A DNA stretch of 64,000 nucleotides, from NCBI GenBank assembly GCA_030295235.1, contig AP026162.1, positions 806,001 through 870,000 on the forward strand, in the 5' to 3' direction. This DNA is from Fistulifera solaris (Eukaryota). This document shows positions 11,281-23,440 of this stretch, in pieces; the first letter of the stretch is position 1, and each line of letters begins with the position of its first letter. A model generated the notes under the pieces. The model ran no database searches. It had not been told where the DNA came from and was given only the letters and a program-made list of their open reading frames with translations. The position numbers and the translations under genes are program-made.

Positions 11281-12216
11281 TCATCTATTTGTTGTATCGG
11301 ACGTTGGGACGCAATGGGAAAGGGTCAACAACGATGCTGGACTATCCTCATGCTCTGCATAATTTCGTTTTGGATTTTGGCGTTCTTGTTGCAGAGGAAG
11401 AACACTAAAAAGCACCAAGTTTCGTGCTTTGGCAGTCTCGTGGAAAGCGAGCTGTGCTTTCTGTGCATTGGGGTATTTCTGCGTCAAATACGACAGCAAT
11501 CCGGAATAGTCGCGTACGCGCGTACCATCTATCAACTTCCGGTGCGGAAACTGCGCCGGAAACACGCAACAGGGAACGACGCAAAATGGAATATTCAGCA
11601 ATTCGGCCAATTCAAAACAGAAATCAGTTGCCTGGTCGGGATGGAAGGCCGCGATCAATTTACATTTCTGGATGAGATCCCATGCTTCTTTCGGGTCTGT
11701 TACGCTGCTATTCTGTGGTGGAGCTGGCGAAAGGTCCGTGTTGTTGTCTATAAATGCAGCCATGGCGCGAGCCCAGTATAATTCCCATTCGACTTGATTG
11801 CCCTTTTGAGCAGCCTGGACGGCTTGGACGAGATTTTCATCGACCCAGATCGGAAAATGCCGCGGAGTCTGAAACTCGTCGGTGGGCAACTCCGGCAACA
11901 ACGTCGCCAACGGCTGGTGAGTCGGCTGATTACGGATTGCTCGTAGAGCCGCTTCGTCCGGATGCTTTCTTAAATAGTCAATGGACCGCAGAACGTGTTG
12001 ATGTTGCGTAGGCCGAGGATCGACGACAATCGAACGATACCCATCTGCATTCGACAGCAGCCACGAGAGATCACCTTTTCCGCCGGCAATGTCCAATACA
12101 ACGTCGCCCTGTGATAGATAATCACTTCCGTAGGTTTCTAGAAGAAATTCGCGAAACACGTACACCCGATTCTTGCGAGAACAAGCGCGTATACTGGGGA
12201 GTGTCGTTGTTGTCAT
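11281..12216 (-). CDS. SAM-dependent methyltransferase-like protein, uncharacterised
   Basis: VLDIAGGKGDLS SAM-binding motif, VVDPR, FHPDQATD and FCVVPCCVFP motifs. Start uncertain (12216 or 12240). Confidence 0.65.
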   Translation of the reverse strand: MTTTTLPSIRACSRKNRVYVFREFLLETYGSDYLSQGDVVLDIAGGKGDLSWLLSNADGYRSIVVDPRPTQHQHVLRSIDYLRKHPDEAALRAIRNQPTHQPLATLLPELPTDEFQTPRHFPIWVDENLVQAVQAAQKGNQVEWELYWARAMAAFIDNNTDLSPAPPQNSSVTDPKEAWDLIQKCKLIAAFHPDQATDFCFELAELLNIPFCVVPCCVFPAQFPHRKLIDGTRVRDYSGLLSYLTQKYPNAQKAQLAFHETAKARNLVLFSVLPLQQERQNPKRNYAEHEDSPASLLTLSHCVPTSDTTNR

Positions 12217-12384
12217 TATGAAAGAAAATTCTTCCAACATTCCCTCTCGTGTCTCCAAAGAGGAACCAGTTTCTCTCTTGACCTGCGTATCGACTGTGCG
12301 AGTCGGTTATCTTTTACTGTTCATGATTTACAATCAACTGTAACACAAAACATCATTCAGCAAAGACAATGTTGCAATTGTCGA

Positions 12385-12656
12385 ATGCGAGAAAAAATCG
12401 TGTGCTATGCCCTTGAATTTTTGGCCGAAAAGCACGTTTTGAACACACTAAGTCTCGAAAGTAGGTTTAAGGCGAGTCTAAGCCGAAAGTGTATTAAAAC
12501 CTCACAATGGTACTCGGTTGCCGGTCTATGTCGCAGTGCGGTTGTCGATTGTCGCAGAGGGCGCACGGACAAACTGGACCCTCTTTCAGACTCGTGACTC
12601 AGAGAGTAAACAGCAATACACTGACATAAACTGTTACTTTTAGCTTACACGGGACA
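12385..12656 (+). repeat. Dispersed ~270-bp element, copy 3
   Basis: Full-length alignment with the reverse complement of 2247-2523. Confidence 0.9.
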
Positions 12657-12829
12657 TGCTGAACAAGCGGATATGTTTTTGCGGCCTCGCACTCGCACAA
12701 GGCCTCGCATTGATCGACAGCCGCAGATCGAATTACAAAAAACAGTTTGCGTAATACAATTCATAAAGAAACAAAGCAATTGCACTTGAACCGACAAAAG
12801 GATGAGAAAATCTACACCCGCCGGGCGAA

Positions 12830-13807
12830 ATGACGCGCGGCGCCAATTCCGGCCCCGCCATCATGTTAATGCCGCCGCACATCCGCTCCACGTTCATGCC
12901 GAATCCTCCGTTGAAACCCATTCCTCCCTCTCACCAAACGACGGAAGCAAGAATGGCAGGGAATGACGGCTTATTTAAAGCATTTCGAAACGACTCCTCC
13001 ACCGGAACGGATCGTGCAACCGACACCTAAATCCTTGCGGGAAGAGAGACGAAAGAAACAAAAGGAACAAGTTGAAAATGAACTGGCTCCGAAAATCGAA
13101 GACTATCGCAAGCAACAAAAGGCCAGGGGTGGAGATTTTCAAGGAATGAATTGTTATAATACATTGTTTGTGGGACGATTGGCGTACGAAGTCACCGAAC
13201 GAAAGTTGTTGCGCGAAATGGAAACGTTCGGGCCGGTCAAGGATATTAAAATTGTCAAAGACCAAGAGGGCAAGTCGCGAGGGTATGCGTTCGTCGAATA
13301 CGAACACGAAGAAGATATGAAACGAGCGTATCGAGCAGCGGATGCGATGCGGATTGAGGGACGTGAAATTGTGGCCGATGTCGAACGAGGACATACCGTA
13401 CCCTCGTGGCTTCCGCGTCGCCTGGGAGGTGGCCTGGGAGGCACCCGATTGGTGGGAAAGACGTCAACGTTACGTTTCCAGGTCGATTTGATCCGGCGCG
13501 ACCGGAAGCATCGCAACCAGCGGCGCCCATGGGAGGAATGGGACGTGGTGGTGGAGGCCCTCCACCGCCACCCCATTTTGGATACGGCGGTGGTCCTCCT
13601 CCCGGTCCGGGTCGAGGACGGGGCTTTCGTGATGGTCCTCCGCCGCCACCTCGATTTGGAATGGGACGTGGTGGACCTCCTCCTTCGGACAGATACGGAG
13701 GTCCTCCTCCAGATCGTTACGGCGGTCCTCCAAACGATCGCAAACGCCCACGCGATTTTCCCGATCGAGATGGCGGTCGATTCGATCGCCGTGATAGGCG
13801 TTATTAA
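12830..13807 (+). CDS. SNRNP70: U1 snRNP 70K protein; apparent frameshifts near 12925 and 13455
   Basis: N-terminal MPPHIRSTFMPNPPLKPIPP; RRM (TLFVGRLAYEVTE...SRGYAFVEYEHE..MKRAY); signature DVERGHTVPSWLPRRLGGGLGGTR; Gly/Pro/Arg/Asp-rich tail in the third frame. Confidence 0.93.
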
Positions 13808-13844
13808 AAAAGCAATTAAGTAATTCTGATTATATTACGATGTG

Positions 13845-14376
13845 CTATACGTACGAATCAGAGTCTTCTATATTTTCCTTTTGTTCTTCGTCCGCCGTGA
13901 TCTGAATCGCGTTTTCGACGGCTCGCCACACCCGATCGACATCGTCTTCGTAAAGAATTCTCTGAAAAACACGTTGTGAGAATTCCGAAGGAGTCATGCC
14001 TTCTAAACTCACAGGGCCTACATAATCATCGTGTTCAATTCCAACACACGGAGCTTGCTGACATGCACCCAGACACGGAGATTCTTCAATTCGCACCGCA
14101 GGATATCGGTCTTGTGTGCGCGAATAAAAAGCTGCAAATGTAGCGTACGGATCCATATTCAAAGCTTTTCGTTTCGCTGCACAGGACGTGGAACAACAGA
14201 TCAATATTTTGAATTTCTCCGCCGCATTTGACTGTGAGTTACTGGTTTGAGGGTTCGTCGAGTTGTCGTGAGCCATAAAAGTGTGTTTCTCATTCGACAT
14301 TTTGTCAAAAAGGAGAAAAGGCCAGCGCCGCTGTTGTCAAGGACAGCACGTTTGCAACAAATAAGCTGAATTTCAT
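13845..14376 (-). CDS. Plastid-targeted thioredoxin-like [2Fe-2S] ferredoxin-family protein; indel in a T-run near 14307
   Basis: ILICCSTSC and SPCLGACQQAPCVG cysteine pattern. The upstream frame gives MKFSLFVANVLSLTTAALA-FSP (signal peptide plus ASAFAP). Confidence 0.7.
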
Positions 14377-14454
14377 AAAGGGTGTTCCATGAATCTCTAC
14401 TGGTATAGGTGGTTAAGGTGGTTAAGGTGATTATTGGGTTGAACCATTATTGCG

Positions 14455-15240
14455 GCGAGAATTTCTGGGCAAAACTGTAAATACCAACATCAAGATTTTC
14501 TGGAAAATTTCTTTTTTTAAAAATAAAAATACAAACTGGTCCAGATTTTCCGAACCAAAAGATTTCCTGGGCCTCCTGTATGACGATCGCATATTCCAGA
14601 ATTTCTGGAATTTACTCGGAAACGATGTTTGGTAAGGAAAAACCGTCTCCAGATTTGCTACAAATAGCACGGAAGATCTGTATGCGCTATAACAACGAGG
14701 ACGAAAGGCTATTGTAGGTGCACATATTTTCTGTGAGATGAATACACTTGGTCCAGATTTTCTGGACCATCACAGAATTTCTGTATAATGAGATCGCAAA
14801 TCGCAACGAGCGCAAAAGGTTATTGTTGGTGCACATAATTACTCTGAGATGGAAACACCTGGTCCAGATTTTCTGGACCATCAAAGAATTTCTGTATGTT
14901 GAGATCAGGTTTTCCAAAATTTCTGGAATTTACTCGGAAACGATGTTGGTGAAGAAAACTTTCTCCAGATTTGCTGCAGATAGCACGCAAGTTCTGTATG
15001 ATCTAAGACAACGTGAGAAGTACATTGGTCCAGATTTTCTGGACCAACGTACAGTTAATGCCACTTGCCCAGATTTCCTGGGAACGTGTAAATACAACTT
15101 GCCCAATTTTTCTGGACCAGTGTAAATTTTAATCTTCCAGATTTCCTGAGAACGTGAAAATACAATTGGTCCAGATTTTCTGAACCAGTGTAAATATTGT
15201 AAATACCATTCCCAGATTTCTTGGGAACGTGAAACGATAA
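14455..15240. repeat. Complex satellite-like array built on the quasi-palindrome GGTCCAGATTTTCTGGACC
   Basis: About 13 copies or variants of CCAGATTT(T/C)CTGG. Nested ~110-bp duplication (14695-14800 vs 14805-14905) and ~160-bp duplication (14536-14700 vs 14859-15015); ~34-bp period at 15025-15235. Confidence 0.85.
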
Positions 15241-15411
15241 TAAGGTTACCAACTCTCCCATACTTTCTGGGTGTGTGAAAACACTTGAACATCGCCCGAA
15301 CCGTTTTATGAGATGTTAGAGGATCATTCACAACGCTAGCACCTCGCACATAGCACAGTCTCATCAAGTTCTTGATTCCTGTCTGTATCGGGTGGCGTTG
15401 ACAAAAGGCGC

Positions 15412-16374
15412 ATGAAAATCAGCTCATTTCTTTTCACGCGAAGTGCCATTTTCGCCGCCATTTCCTCTTCTTCGTTAACGACTGTTATGTCACTCTCTGG
15501 AATCGGACCGAACCGTATCAAAGTTATTGATTCTCACTTGCACGTATGGGCTAGTCCTGAAGAGGCTGCTGCAAAATTCCCGTACGTTCAAGATCCTCCG
15601 GATTCATTGAAAGATCGAGCATCGGCGTCATGTCTTCTACGAGAAATGGAGGCGGCCGGAGTTGATGGTGCACTCATTGTTCAGCCCATCAATCATAAAT
15701 TTGATCATTCGTACGTAATTCACGCAATACAGACATATCCGGATCGGTTCAAAGGAATGATGTTGTTTGATCCGAGTATGAGTGAAACAGACGCCATGGC
15801 GCAACTGCAAGAATTGAAGGAGAAAGGTTTTGTAGGCGTGCGATTTAACCCCTACCTCTGGCCGAAACTGGGAGAAAAGAAGTGGTCTCCCATGTCACAA
15901 GGTGTTGGGCTGGCCCTGTATAAAAGGTGCGGGGAACTGAAAATGCCGGTGGGAATCATGTGTTTTCAAGGTTTAGATCTTCATTTCGACGATATCCTTG
16001 CCTTACTGGCGGCCTCGTCCGAGACTACACTCATCCTGGACCATTTTGGTTTTACGGCCCTCGATAGTGATGCTACGTTTGATCAGCTGCTGAGTCTAGC
16101 ACAATATCCGAATGTATATGTGAAGATATCTGCATGGTTCCGCTTGAACGACAATCCACCTTTTACAGATGTGAGAGAAAGACGTTTTATTCCGTTGCTA
16201 AATGCGTTTGGAGCCGATCGTCTTATGTATGGCTCAGACTTCCCTTTTGTATTAGAGCAACCCAGTGGTTACAGCATGGTGCATCTGGTCTCATCATGGA
16301 TAGAAAATGAGAACGAGAGACGAGCGATCATGGGGGGAACAGCGGAACGTGTCTTTGGCGTGTGGGGCGCCTAA
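15412..16374 (+). CDS. Amidohydrolase_2 family metal-dependent hydrolase with a probable organellar presequence
   Basis: VIDSHLHVW, ILDHFG, YPNVYVKIS and FGADRLMYGSDFPFV motifs; Ser-rich N-terminus. Confidence 0.88.
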   Translation: MKISSFLFTRSAIFAAISSSSLTTVMSLSGIGPNRIKVIDSHLHVWASPEEAAAKFPYVQDPPDSLKDRASASCLLREMEAAGVDGALIVQPINHKFDHSYVIHAIQTYPDRFKGMMLFDPSMSETDAMAQLQELKEKGFVGVRFNPYLWPKLGEKKWSPMSQGVGLALYKRCGELKMPVGIMCFQGLDLHFDDILALLAASSETTLILDHFGFTALDSDATFDQLLSLAQYPNVYVKISAWFRLNDNPPFTDVRERRFIPLLNAFGADRLMYGSDFPFVLEQPSGYSMVHLVSSWIENENERRAIMGGTAERVFGVWGA

Positions 16375-16523
16375 TGAGCTTTCTTCTTTGGCTGAAAAAG
16401 GCGGCGCTAAATATTCTATTTACTTAGTTCAGCTCACAAAACCACATGATAGAGACAAGCTACCTGGTAGTAACCTTGTCAAACTTTACGCCGGTTCGTG
16501 TTCGAGCCGTCTACAATATCTAC

Positions 16524-18342
16524 TCACTTGGCGTATCGAGCACGTTTCTTCGCTCGTTCATCCGGAGTATTGATCTCACGGAGAGTTTGACTTGCCTTTT
16601 TCCGTGCTGTGATGTTCAGCACTTCGTACCAAGAATCTTCTGTCCCGTTTTCAAGCTTGAGGAATCGGCCACCGCGTTGATGAACGAGATCCACGAGTTC
16701 TTGGCTTATAAGTGTCTTCTCGTTCTTGTCGGCTTCCCTGTATCGCTCTTGGAGCATTTCTTTTAGCTCTAAATAAGTTTTGTTACCAGGGTGGTGATTC
16801 GTTCTTCCTCCTCTGCAGCAATGCGGTCAGTTGTGTTCATAATCAGAGCGACTAAGACAAAAAGACCTCTCACGCTTACCTTCCAAACAGCACATCTTGA
16901 CTGTTTACTTCCACAAACACTTTTTGAGCCGGCTCGTGAACTTTACGTTGACGCTTGCGTTTTGGTTTGTCGTCTCCTAAACTCTGTCGTCGGAGCATCT
17001 CTTCTTCACGAGGTTGCATTGACGCAAGAGCCATTGCTGCTTCCGCGGCCGAGTTGTCGCCTCCACTGTAAGCTGGCGGTCTCGTCAACATAGGATTCTG
17101 TGCGAGCCTCGTGTTGTCCAGCGCTTGCCAATTCGGTCGGAGCGGAACTTGAGCCACAGGAATGGGAGACACCGTACTGGCTCCATTTACCGGTAATGCT
17201 CTCTGCATTGGCAGCTGCCTCGCTGATAAGTCCCAAGCGTTCATATGATTTGTCTGAGAATTGAGTAATGCCGATCGAAAACGTTGTTCCATCTCAAGCG
17301 ACACTCCTCGGGGAAGGAACTCTTGCGTGCTATTCAAGAAAACAGAATTCTGCGGTGAAATTCCGCTCAGTGTTTTGGATGACTCCAACATTTTTAGCAA
17401 ATCCGTAGAAAAGTCGGTCGACTTCAACATGTTATCCATGTAAGCGATGCTAGCATTCCTCGTTGCAAAGTCAGTACTTCTATCGTTGCTATTTTGCGAC
17501 GCATTCATTAAGCTCATGCTTTTCATGAACTTCATAAAAGGAGAATCTCCGTTGTCGTCTGGGGGTCGGGCGTCGAGCGTTTTGAAGAACTTCAAAAGCT
17601 CATTATCTCCACCGACACTCCCTGGCAATAGGTTGCTAAAGTCTGTGGGGTTATTGTTGTTCGTACCCACCGATCTCATACCAATCGAACTCAGCATGAA
17701 TCTCCGAAACAGTTCCTTGTCCTCCGTGTCGAATCCTGCCATAGGTGAGGGTAGTGTAGCAGTTGGGTCTTGCGCTAGAATTTTGACTGAAGGAGGACCT
17801 GGTTTCCCGTCATTTTTACGACCGTTTGTGCTGAATCCGGCCGGAGTATCTTTCGCTTGTTTCATGAAATCGCGGACGAATTGCGCATCTCCACCGCCCT
17901 TTTTCGTCTCTAAAAAAGAAGGTTTTGCCACTCCTTTGGCGACACCCAGAAACGAAGATCCTGGATTTTTAGAATGATCAATGATCTGTGTCGTTACGGC
18001 GGTATTCCTTCGCGCGATGGTGAAATCTTTGGGGTACGTCCCCATCGCCGCCAGCTCGGTAGCTCGTTCGGTGCCGACCGATCTCTGCATCAAACTAGGA
18101 AGATCGCCTTGTGCGAAGATTTGACTCGTCACTGTTTGAGAATCTTGCGACCCCGAAGAATGCAATCGGATCAAATGCTGCAAATGATTGGCGTCGGTGC
18201 TTCGGGACAGTGAGTCACGCAACATCGCCGTCGTGGGGTCGTTGCTTTCAAAGAGTCGGCGATAAAAAGCGGCTTCTTCGACAACGTCTTCCGCTGACAC
18301 TTTGCGATCACGATCAAAGGACATGTCGGGTTTCGGTGCCAT
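16524..18342 (-). CDS. DUF6824-domain protein (diatom-expanded family); intron 16813-16879
   Basis: Splicing gives DVLFGRGGRTNHHPGN..Y...Y..A...EK..IS..LV..V...GGRFL...WYEV....ARKKASQTLRE. Long low-complexity N-terminus. First ATG at 18342. Confidence 0.85.
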
Positions 18343-18806
18343 CGAGAGAGTATTCACAGGTCACGGTTGCCTATTGTCTTCTTTGCTTGACGCAGCGTTT
18401 GCTTCTTGATGATTGCGTTGGAGACGTGCTCTCTCGAAAAGCCTGCTGTACGTTTGGACGAGAATATTGCCACGTTCAAAATTAGTCCGTGTCATTACGA
18501 CGTACAGTCGTAGTCATTCTGTCATTCTAGCGAAAGCGAGAGTAGAAGATAGAGTACCACAGTCCGAAATCTAATCCGAAAAAGCCTGTCCGTCTGGCGT
18601 ACTGTACGATATGAAAGGAGTCGTGGTGTGAGTCACGCTTGGCGCAGAGCCACACTTCATATTTTTTCGCGTGCGACACGACAAAAAGAAAAACGACAGA
18701 AAGAAAAGCTGCTGCTTATTATCCACTTTCGGATCATTTACATAATTACAGTAAAGCACCATTCTTCTCAATTCACGATACTGTGGCTTCGTTTTAATTT
18801 CAGATA

Positions 18807-19685
18807 ATGAGCGGCGCAAAAGAAGAGCCAACCGAATCATCCACAAAATTGCTCAGTCGCGCCAAGGGCCGAGCCGCTCGTCAGCGCCGACGCAAATTGC
18901 GCGACATACAAGAGGCCGAAGAAGCCTTGCGCGAAGGCCGAAGCTCATCGGCGTCAACGGCGATTCCCAGTGATCGAAGTGCGGTTTGGCCGGCTGTTCT
19001 GGATTGTAGAACTAAATACGGCTGGAGTCGAGAGGATGAGATGGCGCTGGTGGGTCAGTTGGGTTATCTTCCCGGAAACGCGATCCGTGTCTGTGCTCGA
19101 GCGAGTGCAGTTCCTTGTCTAGGCGACATGGACGGAACCGAGCCGGTTGTACTGAAATTGTACCCCATTGCAGTCAGAGAGGAGTGTAGCGGCACGTCGG
19201 CGGGTGGGCGTCGAAAGGCTAGAAAACGAACGAGACAAGTAAAGGACATTGCGGACGAGTCGGATGCTTTTTCAGAAAAGCATCTTATCGAACCCTTCCC
19301 TACAATGTACTGGGTAACCAGCCCTATGCTTCGGATTCTAATATCCAAACTGGAATTAGAGTCGTTCGGTGTGAAGCTGAAAGAGAAGCTCGAGTCAGAG
19401 ACGGAAAGCCTGGAATCAATGAAGCGTGCCCATATGGCATACGGCAAAGCGCGGAAAGAACTTTTAAGTGACTCCGATGATGCTCTGATTATGGAACGAA
19501 AGTGGGAGTCTGCATTCGCTGAGACTAGGGGCGTTGCAGGCCTTCGGCATTATTCTGCTATTAAATGTTTACACGCTCATGCCGCACACTTCCTGAGTGG
19601 TGAGAACGGTTCGAACGATAATGTTGTCGGCCGCTGGGTAATCGAAGAAGTTGAAAGAAGGCTTCGTGAAGAAGGGGATTCTTAA
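18807..19685 (+). CDS. DUF501 family protein
   Basis: QLG, EPFPTMYWVTSP...ISKLE, RGVAG, and IKCLHAHAAHFL...N.VGRW motifs. Confidence 0.8.
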   Translation: MSGAKEEPTESSTKLLSRAKGRAARQRRRKLRDIQEAEEALREGRSSSASTAIPSDRSAVWPAVLDCRTKYGWSREDEMALVGQLGYLPGNAIRVCARASAVPCLGDMDGTEPVVLKLYPIAVREECSGTSAGGRRKARKRTRQVKDIADESDAFSEKHLIEPFPTMYWVTSPMLRILISKLELESFGVKLKEKLESETESLESMKRAHMAYGKARKELLSDSDDALIMERKWESAFAETRGVAGLRHYSAIKCLHAHAAHFLSGENGSNDNVVGRWVIEEVERRLREEGDS

Positions 19686-20143
19686 AAATGTGACTAAGAT
19701 GTCGTTGTCTCTTTCTTCTGGGAAGGCTTATTTCGACATAAACATACTCACTGAATTATGCATTAGGCTAATTTAAATTTGGCTTCTAGCAAGGAGCAAG
19801 GTCCTTATTAACCTATGGGGGACCTAGTGTGTTTTGATTTTTGATCGTCGTGGGCTTAGATTTTCGAAGGAATAGTCTAATACGACCCGCCTTATTCTAC
19901 GCAATGCTTATACTTGAGATGATGTCGTAACGGTAGTAGTGTTAGCTGGTTTTCGAAAACGTCAGAAGTGTCCGTTGTCTAAATAATATTTCGGTTATTT
20001 TTCCGTTGATGTAATTCAGAGCGCAACGTGCACGCCGAACATGTGAAACGCTGCGTTTATGCATCTTGATCTTCATTATGATTGTGAATGAATTGATGCT
20101 TTAACGAACCAATTGCGTTGACCTTGTTGAATGATACTTCAAA

Positions 20144-23100
20144 ATGGATCGATTTCTTGCCTATAACTATGGCTACGATTACTGGGGCAATGCGACAAAC
20201 CAAACGGATACAGACTTTGACTCAAATTTACACGCACCTGAAGATGTTTCGGTTGATGCAGTTGTCACCAGTTTGTACTTCAACTCGGTTGTCTTCTTAC
20301 TTCTCATGACATCTTATGAGTGTTTACGTCGTGTTTTACCGACTGTTTACTCGTCACAGAAGAAATTGGATCATATCATGCATCCCCAACGCACGACTGA
20401 TGAAATGGACGAGTATCACCAACTTGATGAAAAAGAAAAAGGTGTCTGATGGCAAGTACGTTCCACCAACTCACGCTTTCTCGCAAAGCGAACCGATAAA
20501 AAGTCTCGATAGTTGCGAATCCACTGGTTCTTCATCTCTATCTTCTCTGCCTGATGATATGCCTCTTGATTGGGTGGCGCCGGTGTTCGGTGTCCCCTGG
20601 TCAAAAGTTCGAAAAACGGCCGGCCTTGATGGCTATTTCTTTCTGCGTTACATTCGAATGAATATCCGAATCACAGCAGTATCGACATTTTGGTTTTTCT
20701 TGGTCCTGGTTCCTATTTATGCAACGGGGAACGGCAACGAGATGTACCCGGCCCAAGGATGGTACCGTATTTCGGCTTCAAATTTACCTGCTACGGGCTG
20801 GCGCATGTGGATACCATGCCTTTTTGCGTACTTGTTTACTGGTTTCATCTGCTTTGTTATCAAGCAAGAATATAGGCATTTTCTTGAGCTGCGGCAGGAC
20901 TTTCTTGCGAGGGGCGTTTCTCATGTGGACCCTCAGCAGCACTATTCTTTGATGATTGAGGACATTCCGTACGAGCTTCGGAGTGACCGGGCTTTGAAAG
21001 AGTATTTTGAGAGCTTATTTCCTGGAAAGGTGCACTCAGCAAACGTAATTTTGAATATACCCGATTTGCAGGAAGTATCGGACCGCTGTACCAGGGTTTG
21101 TCGGCGATTGGAAAAGAGTATTGCTTATCTCCATGCGTACGGAGAGAGACCAACCCATATTGTCGGGAGGGGGCGACTTACGGTGCTTGGTGTAGACTTA
21201 CAGCCGCTGGATTGTCGGCAGTGCTGGAATGCGGATGATGAGCCGGTATTATTAGCAGACGATCACCTCGCACAGCGTCCGCAAAGGGTGAACGCGTCGA
21301 TTCAATCTCCTACTATACACAAGATCTTGCAGCTCAAAGCCGCATGCTGTTTCGAATGCAACGGCAGAAATCTCAAGTCGCTACTTCTGGAAACTTGTCA
21401 ATTAGAGCAGATAACTGGTTTGACCAAGTCGTGATGGAAATATCGGAAGTGGCGACCAGAATAATGGATGATTCCGTCATTGACAATGATTTAATATCCC
21501 CCAGTAGCTCAAGCGGACGTTTTCCTGGTCGACCGAACACTGCGGAAACGATGACATCCCAGTACGGCTCTATAAGTTCTGTCGCTGTTTCAGAGCGACT
21601 ATTTCGTGTGCATACAACTGAAGCTGAGCTCAATGCCTCTGCTTCGCGGCTAATACAAAATGACCACCATCTTGTAAGTTGATTTGCGTGTGCAAATGTG
21701 TTTTCGAACGATCAATCTCATGACGGTATGGTTTATAAACATTTAAAGGGTGGAAAGGAGTCTGTTGAAAATTATCAAACGCCTTTCGGCGCGGAACAGT
21801 ATAGCTCGACAATACGACGGTGGGCTGGTCGACTCGGCCTAGATTTCGTGGTTGCTATATTCAGGTTACTCAACAAACAGATTGATGTTGCATTTGAAAG
21901 TGTACTAGGGTCGACTATGTCTTCGACCGGTTTTGTCACTTTTCTTGATCTCTCATCAACTACTTGTGCTGCAAGTGCCATCCTTTCAGCTAAGGCTAGT
22001 GTTTTGTCTGTTTCAGTTGCTCCTGAGCCGAGGGAAATCATCTGGGCCAACGGCCATGTTTCAAGGAGCACGCGTGAGAGGCGTGAGTATATAATTGAAA
22101 TCATCCTCGCTCTCGGTATGATCTTGTGGAGTTTCCCGTTGGCCTTTATCCAGGTCTTTGCTAAAGCCAGAAACTTGGCCGAACTTCTTCAGATGGAATG
22201 GATACTCGAATACGAAGATGGGGCGCTTTTTCGACTTATCAATGGATATCTTCCTGTCGTTGCTTTGCTTTGCCTTATTTTGATTCTCCCCGTAATCTTC
22301 GAATACATCGCCGTCAAAGTCGAGAAGCGGAAGACGTTTACCGACGTCCAGTCCTCTATGCTCTGTCGGTATTTCAATTACCAGCTGGCGAACATTTACA
22401 TCACCGTCACGGCTGGTTCTCTCTTAAAGAGTCTGTCGATAATCATCGAACATCCTCAGAACCTGTTACCTTTGCTTGGCGAATCTCTGCCAACAATGGT
22501 TGGCTACTTTGTCGCCCTACTCGTGACAAAAATCATGGCAGGTTTACCGATGGTCTTTTTGCGCTTCGGGGCATTGTCGAGGATGCTTGTTTTGAAGCTA
22601 CTTTCCTACGAGCCAGCGATGTCTCAAAGAGAGCTTGACGCTGTGTATCGGCTCGAAAATGTGCAGTACGGCTGGGAGTTTCCCACGCAGTTGCTTGTTG
22701 TGGTGATCGTCTTCACCTACGCCATCATCTGCCCTGTGATTCTTCCATTTGGCTTGATTTACTTTTTAGGGGCGTTGACGGTTTACAAGAAACAGATTTT
22801 GTACGTCTACAGCCCCGTCTATGAAAGCGGTGGAGCCATGTTCCCATTGGCGGTTCAGCGAACAATTTTCGGACTTGTTTGCGGCCAAATGACGTTGCTC
22901 GGATATCTTTTCACAAGGGCATGCTACTACCAAATGATATTTCTTTGGCCTCTTCCCTTCATGACGTTGGTGTTGATGCGGTATTTCCAGAAGACCTACG
23001 TAGAACCTGCTGCCAAGTTGAGTTTAGAACGAGCGCGTGAATATGATCGGCTGACAAGCGTCCTTGCAGGTGGTCCTGGAAGCACAAGGTCGAGCACTGT

Positions 23101-23317
23101 AAGCCACGATGCGGGTATTGCGTTGCGAGAACGCGAATTTGATAAGAATGCGTATCGCCAGCCTGTTTTGACGGAGCTGGCCACAGAGCCACTTACATAC
23201 AGACGCGGAGTTGACGATGACGAGACGATTGAAGTGCGGCGAAGACTGAGAGAGATTAATCGATTCGCCTCGCAAACAAGCGATTCGGAAAGGGAATCTG
23301 CCTTGAAGATTTCATAG
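20144..23317 (+). CDS. OSCA/CSC1/TMEM63 (ERD4-like) mechanosensitive cation channel; intron 21674-21748; frameshifts near 20435 and 21287
   Basis: GLDGYFFLRYIRM, YSLMIEDIP..LRS...L.EYFE.LFPGKV, GFVTF, APEPREIIWAN, YKKQILYVY.P.YESGG motifs; multiple transmembrane segments. Confidence 0.92.
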
Positions 23318-23440
23318 TAAAGTAGTTTTTAGATTCTTTCATTATTTTTATAAATAGACAACAGCGTTTGATCGTAAAACTCAATCTTGTTCAGTTGATG
23401 GGCTGTAGCACATTTCCAAAGGCGATATCCTTCTTTTTAA

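Noticed and set aside
14455..15240. CRISPR-like array of palindromic repeats
   Set aside because: Spacing is irregular, the intervening sequences are themselves duplicated, the repeats are degenerate, no cas genes are present and the context is eukaryotic.
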